A stretch of 64,000 bases of DNA. Origin: Nemertoderma westbladi (taxonomy: Eukaryota; Animalia; Xenacoelomorpha). Both the position numbers and the translations under genes were made by a program. The notes beneath the pieces are model-generated. The model was not told where the DNA came from. It did no database searches and worked only from the letters and a program-made list of their open reading frames with translations. The stretch lies in assembly GCA_032718475.1 (NCBI GenBank), contig JAUCBJ010003313.1:1-64000 (forward strand), given 5' to 3'. Positions 23,751-35,358 of the stretch are shown here, one piece after another; position 1 is the stretch's first letter; each line of letters starts with the position of its first letter.

Positions 23751-24932
23751 TGTAAAAGCTTTTGTGGGATAACTGATACGTTTGCCTTTGCTGGCCAGTT
23801 CCCCCCCAGTCGCTAGAATACTCTCAAAGGGATTTATAACTAAAATAGTGCAAGCTACCAGCTTATTGGCTGATGTGCTGTACGGAGATATCTGGGCTCA
23901 GTTTAATCGGCCAACTAGCTTAGAGAGGTTGCCTTAGCCTTGCTGTTCGTGTCGGCCAATAGAATTTGCGTAGGCGTTGATTTCGACCTATCCCAGCGCT
24001 ACTGAACTGAATTTCCTATCTCTATGCTCATCCTCTGTGTTGAACGGGAGCTTCGTGGAATAAGGGAGTTGGTATCTTCGTATAGAGCAGTAGTCACATG
24101 TTTCTGTTGTTGTGTTCCCATTTTTCGCCATAACACCGGCTTTTGGAACAACTCTAGTAAAACTGCTTAGATTATAGAAAGTATAACTGTTACCGGCGGT
24201 GTTACCTCACTTAATTTAACTGCACTAATCATATTGTTTGTACTGCTATTTACCGTCAGTTATTAATTGTATCGATTTGTTGATGAAATATTGTCATTTG
24301 GAGAATATTGATAAATCACCCAAATTTCCCAATTTCTTGATACACTACAGGTTAGAGAGACAGGCTATATATAACAATTGCGATTTATATCAATGTGGTG
24401 TGTATTGAATCTAATGTTATTTAGTAGACACTACCTGAGTCAATTGCTGTTCTCTTTATGTGTGATCAAATATACTGACGGTCGGCAGAATAGTGTGCAT
24501 GATTGTGAGTGTGATGTGACTGGTAACAAAGCATTTCCTAAAGAATGCGACTTATACTTTAATCATAAGCCTTATCGTTGCGTTTAGTATAAGTCCTAGC
24601 TCTGTTTAAATAGATAGAGCGCCACGTCCTAAAGGAACTGTTAATATTTCCCGAAAGTTAATAATATCTGTCAGAGATTAATTATTAACGATCTATCGAA
24701 TAATACAGTAAGTTTACACTGCAACCTTACACTGCAATAATAAAATCTAAGCATCCGAATTCAGCCTCCCGGGTGTAGATCCATCAGGTGAATGATCGCG
24801 CATGGGCTGGCTTCGGCTAATGTTTTGTTTATTAGCATAAAATATTGTCGTATGCTAAAGGTGTGTTAATTAACTAAAAGACATATAAATTTTGGCAGGT
24901 TAAACTGCTAAAGGTCTTCAAAAGCGCGAACA
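23751..24932 (+). repeat. 5' LTR of element B (1182 bp)
   Basis: Nearly identical to 36887-38069 (I see one 1-nt indel and one substitution). AATAAA at 24739. Confidence 0.95.
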
Positions 24933-24944
24933 GTAACAGTTATA
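24933..24944 (+). promoter_or_regulatory. Putative non-tRNA primer-binding site, complementary to LTR position 24182-24193
   Basis: GTAACAGTTATA directly follows the LTR-terminal CA, and its exact reverse complement TATAACTGTTAC lies inside the LTR. No TGG-initiated tRNA PBS. Confidence 0.6.
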
Positions 24945-25225
24945 ATCTTATTGCAGTAGGCAATAAGGTTGCAAAATACCGTAGTGACTGGTAAAACTGA
25001 ACCGGTGCTTCTGTAGGTCAGTAGGCCTAACTGTCATCACCGGTACCGGTACTGCTGTACAAGTACATTTAGTATTATTCGATTTTGATTATTGTATACC
25101 GGTAGGCTGTTTAAGAGATTAGGGACTGTACACCCCTTGTTTCTTTTGGAGCTTACTTATTTCTGTCGGTTTTATTTCCTAGTAAGTTAATATTGAGCTG
25201 AAGACGTGTAAGTCTGCTCAGATTG

Positions 25226-25770
25226 TTCAAATAATTGTAGGCTGAACTGCTGTCTGACTGTGTTGAGTTTGGAGAGATTACGGCGTGTGTAGAGTTTGTC
25301 TGATCAAGTGCCGTTAGTAAGTTGGGGCAGCCATATGCGGTAAGGTCAATCCCCTCTTAAAGAATAAGTCGTACTACCGTGTTAGAACGCATACTAACTA
25401 ACAGTTTCAGAGTCTGCATATACTGTAGTTTATTTAGGCTTGATCGTAGTCTGCCAGTGTTTTAGCCTGTGTTTGTTTGTGTGGTCTGTTCAGGTACCGT
25501 AATAGTTATTACTCAAATATTTGTAGGCTGGATTGTTGTCTAGCTATTTTTAGGTCTGAAGGGATTGCTGCGTGTGTAGAGTTGGTCTGATAAAGTGCCG
25601 TTAGTAAGTTGGGGCAGCCATAAGCTGTAAGGTCAATCCCCTCTTAAAGAGTAAGTCGTACTACCGTGCTAGAACGCATACTAACTAACAGTTTCAGAAT
25701 CTGCACATACTGTAGTTTGTTTAGGCTTGATAGTAGTTTGCCAGCGTTTAGTTTGTATTTTGTTTGAGTA
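25226..25770 (+). repeat. About 287-bp diverged tandem duplication in the 5' leader of element B
   Basis: AAGTGCCGTTAGTAAGTTGGGGCAGCCAT...AAGGTCAATCCCCTCTTAAAGA...AGAACGCATACTAACTAACAGTTTCAGA occurs twice. Confidence 0.88.
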
Positions 25771-27112
25771 TTCTGTACGGGTAGCGAAATATTTATTATT
25801 CAGAGTTTATGCGATTATTCGCAACATTCATGTCCCCAAGTTTATTCCTACAGTAATTGTGCTTGTTATACATACCGTTATAGTTAAACTAACCCCGGTA
25901 CTACATCAGGGCTGCTCGGCGTAGGTAAAGACTGGTGACTTTGTGCTTTGGTCACTCCAGCAGATGCCGTGGTTCTTTTAACTGTTCAAGTATATTTAAC
26001 TACTGATTATTTGTTATACCGGTACTTGTACCTAATTTAGGGTTTAGTGTACAGTGCTTTCCGAAGTAATTAGTGTAGGCAGTATATTTGTGTTGTAAAG
26101 TGGTTGATAGGCACATTCGTTAGCTCTATTAGCTTCTGGGTAGGAACAATCCGTGATACATAACGTAGTACCTATAACGATACGGTTATAGGTCGTCAGG
26201 CGGTGGTATTTTCCTATCTGGACAGTACAGTATATTTACTACTACTTATTATTTTCAAATACCGTAGTACCCTGTCCATTGTAATAACCAGAATTCTAAC
26301 CCTTTGTTAGGCTGGTTTGTAGACTTCCTGTAAAATTACCCTAAAAATTCGTACGTAATATTTTTGTTGTGTTTAACTAGAGATTTAATCTCACCCGTAT
26401 CGTAAGTAATTTGTAGTATTAAGTAACTTAGGTAAATTAGAATTATCTGTTTTAGTGTCCCATAGGTAGCACTTCACTGAGAGCGCACAGCTTCTGTGTA
26501 GTGACTCCCCCAGAAATAATAACATCTATTTCAATATTGTAACAAAACCCCTCATACGGGTACATATAAATCCACTAAATCTATTAATAAAATAGTAGGC
26601 CTATTATACAACACTTAGGTCTTAATATCAGTTGGACTGCTGCTCAAATAACGGTAATAAAGTAAGTAAAGTAACCAAGTGACCCCTAACATTCAGAAAT
26701 TCAATTATTTTTAAAATAATTGACATACCGGTATTTACAATAGGCTTATTATATTTATTTCCATAAATTTAAGCTGAAATCATACCGGTATTCTGTAATT
26801 AATTTTAGTTCATAATTATACTTTATATATATTATAAGTGTAAGCTGTATACTGGTATCCACGATAGGCCTATTATATATTTATATATATATTTGTGCTA
26901 AATTTATATACCAGTACTCTGTGACAAATCTAGTCTGTAATAATACTTATATATACTATAAGCATACCGGTATTCTAATATATTATATATATATATCACG
27001 CTACATTGAGTAGCAGTATCGGTAATTAATTATTAGGCTAGCAGTGATACTGAATTACTAGACTTGCTTTAACTGTATATGTAGCAGTAGGCATCCAACT
27101 GTATAAAGCGAA

Positions 27113-30100
27113 ATGTCTGACACAACACAAACATTGTCAGATAGTCTCTTAGAGGGTTTTAGAATGAGTCGTCGACTTGGACAGTGTCTTGAAAGGAGAG
27201 AAGACAGAAAAGAAGCGGAAAGAAAAGTAGCAGCGACAGAAGCAGAAAGAAAAGCGGCAGAGGCAGTGGCAGAAGCAGAACGGAAGACGTCTGAAGCGAC
27301 TATCCAACTAGAGCTGGAAAACCTTCAGGCGAAACCAACCAGAAGACTACCTGTGCCCAGTAGGACTGTTCCCGAGTCCGAACCCGTCCTGGACGCCGAG
27401 CGAGGTATCAAGAATTTATCGCCCGTCGTCTCTCGCTCGCCCGCTACTACGTTGGCGACTCCCGCTTCGGCGGTTGAGTGGGTAGCTGAGGGACGACGGG
27501 AGATGGGTCTCCTGCTCGAGCAGCTGAGGTAACACTGTTTGTGCTCCTCTCAGCAGGTCAGGGAAATGGAAGAGACTGTTCAGCAGCTCAAGGGAACAGT
27601 AAGGGAAAGTAGGTTAGAGTTGCAAAAAGTGCAGCAAAGTATCGTACTAGAATGCGACAAATTAGTCAACCAACAAAAGGGAATACCAATAACCCCTGTA
27701 ACAGTGTGTCAGCCTGTTAGGTCTGAAGTATTACATGCGCAAGGTGTGGAGCCTACACGCATCTATACTGCTAGTGAAGTAGAAACTCCTATAGCAAACC
27801 CTATTAAGGGTGATTATACGCCTGTTGTTAATGACATTCCCAATAGACCTGATAATAATCCGAGAAATTTATATACCGATAACTCGATATTCAATAACAC
27901 GATGGCCCAAGAAAGTTTTACGCGTCAAATGGCTAGAACCGAAGCCCGTCAAGCGGTAAAGGTTGGAGAGATAGTCAAGTTCAATGGAGATGAGATGAAA
28001 TGGTTACCTTTTAATGAATATTATAAAGATAACATACAGAACTCTGTGTTATCCAACGGAGAGAAACTTAGATTCCTCATCGAGTGCTTGGAAGGACCTC
28101 CCAAGTCAATGGCGTTAAAATTTATTGGACATCCAGATGGATTAAGACAAGTTTGGGATATACTAAACATCAGGTATGGTAATAGGAATAACATAGCTAG
28201 GTATTTATATGCGAAATTAATGGCCCCCCGAAAGTTTCTTAGCAGCGGGATTATAGAGTTTTCCGATGAGATTCAGGAGATCTGTAGACAACTAGATTGG
28301 TTAGGTAAGTCTCATGAATACCAGAATTCTATGGTTGTAGGAGCCTTAGCATCTACTTTGCCCAAGGGTGGAGTAGGTACACGCTGGGACAAGAAGGTGT
28401 TATATACGATGGAACAACAACAACGAGACCCTACCATGGCTGATCTCATGTCATTCTTGGATGGCGAAGTGAAATTACAACTCCTAAAGCATTCCAGAGA
28501 GAAAACACCGGAAAATAAGGTAAGTGAGAAACCCGTTTCTAGGAGAAGAGTAACACCGGTGTGTTATACTGATGACGGCGAAAGCCAAGCTTCTCAAGAA
28601 GAAGACAGCGAGAAAGACACCGAGAAATTTTACTATGTTAACAAGACCTCAAAGAACGTAAGTAAATCTAAAGCTCGAACCCATGACAGGAGAGAACAGG
28701 TTGCTAAGACTCCTCTTCAGTTTCCTAACAGAGTACACGGAAGAAAGCCCGAAGAAAGAACTAGAGTGCATAACGTCACCCAAGGTAAAGTGAGTAACAT
28801 TAAACCAAAATGTGCGCTGTGCGATGGGCCCCACCGTTTGAGTGTGTGTGCTGAATTCCTAAAGAAATCCCTGGTAGACAGACATGAAGTCATGTGGGAT
28901 AAGCGGTTATGCTATAATTGCCTCAGACCAGGACACCAACGGCGAACCTGTTACTCCGAAGTAAAGTGTGCAAAGTGCGGTGCGAAACATCACATCTTGT
29001 TACGCAGTGAATTCGAACGAAACAACCCGAGTCAGGTAAGTGAGCCCGAACTACATGTCCAATTCAGTGATGTAAATGACACTGATCAAGAATCTGAGTG
29101 GGAAGGATTCTATACGGACGAATTCTCCGATGCCAACGAATCCTGTTATCTAATAAATACCACAGTGTATCGAGCACTTACGGATGAAAAGGACACTGAC
29201 GAGTTTACTCCAACTCCTTTTGACAAACAACCATCTTGGAAAGTTCCAACTTCCAACATAGGAATAAGAGAATTTCCTGTAGTGCAAGTTCGAGTTCATG
29301 GTCCCAACAAGAGTTACATAGTGAACGCCCTACTTGACTCCGGCAGCACAGGAACATTCATCGATCAAGAACTAGCCGAAGATATCTTTGCTGGACAACC
29401 CAAGTTCCGGACTAAATTGAATATGTCAGGAATCATACAGGTTTGGAAATCTACCATAACGGCAGATTACTATGTAGGTGCGTTGTCCACCCCCCAGGAT
29501 AAATTAGGAGCACAAAGTATAAGGTCAGTAAAAATGGTGGCTATAAAGAACTTCGCTACTACCCAAGCAGACCTTTATAATTGGGACGAGGATGAGAGCA
29601 TCCAACATCTTAAGATACCTCGATTCCAGACAGATTATCCTGGAGTGCAAATACTCATCGGCCAAAACGCGCATGAGGCGCTAGAGACATTGGAGAAACG
29701 GCCTGCTCAACCACAGCCACTACAAACCTATGCGGTAAGAACTAGAGTAGGTTGGTACTTCACTGGCCCTTCCCGTAGAACTCTCAAAGAGAGATTACCT
29801 CAACAACAGGTATACCAAGTAAAGGAATGGGAAGTGGAGAGCAGTGATGTGGACGATCCAACTGAGGGAACACCATACTCCTCAGATAATGACGATATTA
29901 ACTCCAATGTAGATCAATGGAGACATTGCCTTGGGACGATTAATCCAGCCGACATCGCTTCCAGAGGAGCAACTCCTCAAGAACTGATAGATACTCCAGG
30001 CTGGTTAGGTGGATCCGACTCCTTAAGTAAAGAAGAAGAAGAATGGCCTCCTCATCTTACCACGGCAGAAATTAGACAGGCCAAGGGAGCGGAGAAAGTA

Positions 30101-30220
30101 ACACAACAACTCAATCGCCCAGCTAGTCGTTTATGTTTACTGGAAAGAGACCGAAAACTGTCCGAAAACTATGGAAGGCAAGATACCCAAGGAGGTGAGG
30201 TCTCTATAGGGGTGTCTTGA
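27113..30220 (+). CDS. gag: BEL/Pao gag-aspartic protease polyprotein fused to an RNase H C-terminal remnant; one in-frame TAA at 27530
   Basis: ORFs 27113-27532 and 27539-30220 share a frame. Motifs: DUF1759-like KFNGDEMKW..F...EKLRFLIECLEG; three Cys/His knuckles CALCDGPHRLSVC, CYNCLRPGHQRRTC, CAKCGAKHH; protease ALLDSGSTGTFI; then WRHCLGTINPADIASRG...W..G..L...EEWP (end of Pao RNase H). Confidence 0.9.
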
Positions 30221-32356
30221 ACAGGCGGCGGCGGACTCGTGAGGGTCTGGGGGCACGTTAAATCCCTTCTATAGTGCAGGGGAGTTACTGAAGGCCCTCG
30301 TGTCTTGCGAACCATGAATTAACATGGTGCCGTGGTACCGTCTAGTCGGCATGTTGCCGTACTGCCAGTCCTGTACACAGTAGGGGTGGTGGCTTAGTGT
30401 GATCTGTGGTTTATGTGGTCTATGTGGTAGGTCTATGTTTGGTATGTATGAGTTGACCAGACTCTGTACTGTCTCCGATCGGTTGCCAAAACGTGTTTTT
30501 TCCCAGGGTAGCACTATTGGAATGGAGGTGTTGCATCGGAATGGACAGGTTCTGATGATTCTGTTGGTACTACTATTGGAATGGAGGTGGCACCCGGAAT
30601 ATCGGCTGCAAGGAGGGGTTAGTGTTGTAGTGTGGTCCGAGTGAATGATACTCTGGAATCTGTGGTATGTGTGTAGACGATCAGTGGCAGTTTGCTTGAG
30701 CTTTCTGTTGCTGTGGGTACGTGGTATACGTGAGTGTATGTATGGCCACTGCGAGTGAGTATGGGAACCCTTGCCGGTTGGTCTAGACGCCGCTGGTATT
30801 AGTAGGACCATATCTTTACTGCGCCCCAGCATACTTTGTGCACACAAAGTTATTTTGCCCTGACGGCAAAATAAAGTACTCTCGACTTTTATTAGTCGAT
30901 ACAATTTTGTCCCCTCTGATTTTGTCACCGATTTTGTCTTCCCCGATTATGTCCTCTGTGTGTGCGTGGTATGCGTCAGATTTTGTGTTTACCTTTTGTG
31001 TACTTGATTATCGAACATCTGTTGAGTACACGTGTACAGTGACTGGTAAGTGGTTACTTGTTCCTAGCTTTCGAGCTAGTCAGTATTGTTTGCGGAACCG
31101 ACTTCCCCTCAATACTGCCGGCGAGGCGGGTGAAAACGGTCAATATTCCATGTGGGTAGTGCAAGCCCGCTTGGGACAAGACCGTCGGTTTGGCTCAAGG
31201 GCGACCTTGATGCTCGATCGCTATCGACTGGTCCACCCGCCGGTTGACTCTCTGAGTTGGCTCAATGTACAGTCAGGCCACAGCAAGTTGACAGTAGCCG
31301 ACCATCTGGCTACACCGACGAGTTGTGCCGGTGTGATCGGGGGATTGAAAAGTGAACCCGGGAAGCATCGGGCTACCCTCTGGCCCAGTCTGATCGGAGT
31401 CGGACTGGCCCCAAGGGTGGTGGGACAGCGTCCGCCTCATGGGTGCGCCTCGGAGTCATCAGAGAGGAGCCCAGAAGGACGCAAGCGACTCTTCCTACGA
31501 CTACTTCCCTAATCCGGCAAATATCTAGGGACTCCATAACGTGATAGCATGTGGAGTGGGCGTGTGACTATATCATTTTATATTTGTTTTTATTTTATAT
31601 TTATGTATGTATTATTATGTAATTTTATTATAATCGTTTTCTTTAATTTTATTTAGTAGCATGTTATTTTAGAATATTTAGTAAATTAGTGCAATATATT
31701 AGTGTTTATTACGTACATAATTACTTATAATATATATTTAGTGCGACGGCAAGAAGTAATTATTTTCTCTTTCCTTACTGTCCGTATTATATTATAAATG
31801 CGAGACTATAGTAAGATGACATGTCAGTACTTCTTAAAGTACAATAAAGCCACTACTATATTTAAGTATTATTGGTAGGCAGAGTATTAGGAATGCAAAG
31901 TTCAGATCCTCGTGTCTCGGCTAAACCAAGCTCTGGGTAGACCTTGGAAACGACTTGCCTCTTCACACTGACATTGCTTCGTGCGATATTGCTCTTCTAC
32001 CTTATAACAAATAATACATATAGTAGCGTGATGTCCCTCTAACAGTAGCGTAAATCGCAAATAAATCTGTTAAACTTTTGACCATCTGTAATTCTAGTCG
32101 ATTAACCCTTTAGGTACTATGGATCACCCATGTGATACATAAGCAATGGTCTTCTAGAGCGCTATGTATCATACAGGTGATCCATGCTTTTAAATGTTAC
32201 CCTATGCTATTCTATTCAGCTTTAGTGCATTTCTAAGCACTCTGCTATTTTATTAGTGCATCAAGGGACATCTTTTTAGATACCGGTACCAGTTTACTGC
32301 ACCTGACTAGCAGATATGTGACTCTTACCATACCGGTACGGTAGGTACGTAAGCTT

Positions 32357-33359
32357 CACAAAGGTCGCTTGAGTTTCAAGCAGTATATCAAAACCAAGCG
32401 CGCTCGGTTTGGAATTAAGTCATTCATTTTATGCGATGCAAATGGCTTCTTAATTCGTGCTCTATGTTACTACGGGAGTGAGTCCGCTTTACCACAGGTA
32501 GAAGCTGATCCAAAACTTTCAAAGAGCGAGAACGTTGTAGCGTTACTACTGTACTATTAGAGGAATCGGATATGTTCGGGAAGGGGTATACAGTTAATGT
32601 TGATAACTGGTACTGTAGTGTACGATTAGCCCGCTTTCTCCTTACCAAGGAAACTGGTTCGAGAGGAACTATTCGAGTAGTACAGTAGTACTGAAAGAGT
32701 TTAAACAAACTCAGATCTCTTCAAAGTTTAGTTATTGTGGCAATAAGTTATTGGCCATGAAATTTACAGACAAGAGAGATGTGTACATGGTTTCGACGGT
32801 TGATGATTCGTCTATGGTAACAAAGACCAGGTATGCAAAGAAGACTGGAGATCCAACAGAATTCGAGAAACCAACTGTAATAAATAACTATAACAAGTTT
32901 ATGGGAGGTGTCGATATACAATACTCAATTATAAAGTCATTCAATCCAGTTCGAAAATCGCATGCGTGGTTTAAGAAAGTTGGAATAAACATGATTGCTA
33001 GGTTGGTGGTAAACTCATTCTTGATCTATAAAAGGACGAATAATGGAAACCCAAAAGGAAATCTACAGTTACTTCTCTGTCTGAAGAAAGTTATAACAAT
33101 TCTGACAAATATGAAGTCAGATGGTCCGAAGCTTAGTCGGAAACGGTTGAAGCTTATCGATTCAGCATCAACATCATCAAAGCCCGTGCACGCCGTCACG
33201 TTCATCCCCCCAACGGATAAAGCCGCGAAACCACGTCGTCGATGCCGAGTTTGCTACGCGAATGGCAGGCGTATTCGGCTGACCCGCTTCCATTGCCCAA
33301 TGTGCCCTTCAAAGCCAAGCTTATGCCATGGGTGTATCGCCAAGTGGGACCACAAATGA
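32357..33359 (+). pseudogene. piggyBac transposase C-terminal remnant
   Basis: GRLSFKQYIKTKRARFGIK, VDNWY, YNKFMGGVD and terminal RRRCRVC...CPMC...LC..C...H. Frameshifted; N-terminal half deleted. Confidence 0.9.
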
Positions 33360-33484
33360 ACAATAATAAGATAATTATAATTTCTATATAATTTCAATAA
33401 GAATAAATGGAAATTGTAAGTGCATCTACCATTATGTTTTTTGTAGTTTTTTTGGTTGGTTGGCATACCTTCTCAATTTTTGGC

Positions 33485-34225
33485 AGACAAACTGACAGAA
33501 AGGCGGACAAATATATATTGTAGATTTCGTCAAACGTAAAAACTGACATCAGAAATGAAATCACCGTCCAAGAAAACCCCCATAGCCAAAATTTCCGGTT
33601 GATCGTATGCGTTCTTAGTTTTTGACAGACAAACTGACAGACAGACAGACGGACAAACAGACAGTGTAGATTTCGTTAAACGTAAAAATTGACATCAGAA
33701 ATGAAATCACCGTCCAAGAAAACCCCATAGCCAAAATTTCCGGTTGATCGTATGCTTTCTTAATTTTTAACAGACAAACTGACAGAAAGACGGACAAACA
33801 GACAGTGTAGATTTCGTTAAACATAAAAACTGACATCAGAAATGAAACCACCGTCCTAGAAAACCCCCATAGCCAAAATTTCCGGTTGATCGTATGGTTT
33901 CTTAATTTTTGACAGACAAACTGACAGAAAGACGGACAAACAGACAAACAGACAGTGTAGATTTCGTTAAACATAAAAACTGACATCAGAAATGATACCA
34001 CCGTCCAAGAAAACCCCATAGCCAAAATTTCCGGTTGATCGTATGCTTTCTTAATTTTTGACAGACAAAATGACAGAAAGACGGACAAACAGACAAACAG
34101 ACAGTGTAGATTTCGATAAACGGAAAAACTGACATCAGAAATGGAATCGCCGATCTTTAAAACCCCAAAGCGAAAATTTCAGGATGACGATATGCTTACT
34201 TAGTTTTTAACAGACAAACAGACAA
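33485..34225 (+). repeat. About 145-bp tandem repeat (about 5 copies) in the piggyBac right arm
   Basis: AGCCAAAATTTCCGGTTGATCGTATG and TGACATCAGAAATG recur every 142-149 bp. Confidence 0.9.
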
Positions 34226-35358
34226 AGGCAGCTCTAATTTGTAAAAATTTTCAGCGCATTACTATATGTTATTTGGGAATATTCAGTACCTAAAGGGTTA
34301 AGATATCGTGGCACCCACCGATATACTTGAAAGACAAATTCTAGAATCAGTGGTTAACGTCCCCAGACAAGTTCTGGAATAAATCGGTGCTCATCCTAAA
34401 TATTAATTTAATATTTATTAAAATCTGTAAAATCCCGATCCTTTAAAACTTCTAGTCAAATAAGATATCGCAGTATTTACCGATATTCTTAGAAGGACTA
34501 TTCATAGAATTAAGGATCCTATGTCCCCAGACCTGCTCTGGAATCAAATTGTGTCAATTTAACATCAAATAATAAAATTCACGGGAATAAATTTAAATTC
34601 ATATTCGAATGAATTTCATAAATTGTCATTTTGTGCAATTTATAACATTCCCAAAATTCCAGTAATTAATAGATCATGGGAGCGGAGATTCATATTGAGT
34701 GTACTAGAGTGCGAGAATCTCCAACATATAGTCAATAGCCGATAAAATTTATAAAATCATGCATAAAGGGGATATTGACAATTAAAAAATTACTATTAAA
34801 TAACATCCCAGATCTGTATGCATGAGGATTGCCCTAATTCTACCGCTAGTTTTCCATAATGTCACCATGGCAACACCCACGCTAGAATTAGAAGCAAGTT
34901 AAAGGAACAATAAAAAGCTTGCCCCATTGCGTAGCATAAGAGTATACATAGCGCGCTATTAGTATCCAAGGATACATAGTAATAACGTGACATTCTGGAA
35001 GACACTGACTAACGGACAAATGGCATGCGTGTGTGCAGTAAGTAATGATTGTATGGAATTTGTGCGTTTATAGGTGAATGTTACTACTAAAGTGTGTTTA
35101 CAGTAGCTAATCGCAATTGTAAAGTAGCCCTAACTCTACCGAGATAACCTCAAGTGGATTCAAGCCTTTGGGACGGGCAGTGGTGGGACTTGTGCCGGTT
35201 ATCGTTGTCGTGCTGTTGCTACATGTTGGCGTAAACACTGCGACAACGGTACATCGGCGCTGAGAAACCCACTGTCCGGGGGCAAAGCCTAGTAGGCAGC
35301 GACGCCCGCTTGCCTAAATATTAACTCATATTGATATTAATAAACTCAGATAGCAGAT

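Larger units (their letters stand above)
32106..34297 (+). mobile_element. Non-autonomous piggyBac nested in element B
   Basis: TTAA on both sides (32102-32105, 34298-34301) and 13-bp TIRs CCCTTTAGGTACT/AGTACCTAAAGGG. Confidence 0.93.

Noticed and set aside
24378-24587. Identical 69-aa ORFs at 24378 and 37515, with a similar one at 1862
   Set aside because: They are LTR duplicates with a non-ATG start. Similarity to LTR A is explained by nucleotide homology.
30838-31512. 224-aa ORF as a protein-coding gene
   Set aside because: Non-ATG start, no recognisable motif, and it overlaps a GC-rich structured island where stops are rare.
33485-34225. Hammerhead ribozyme/retrozyme repeat; ORF 33615-34088
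   Set aside because: The minus strand has CTGATGTC...CGAAA, not the required CUGAnGA core. The ORF is only a translation of the repeat.
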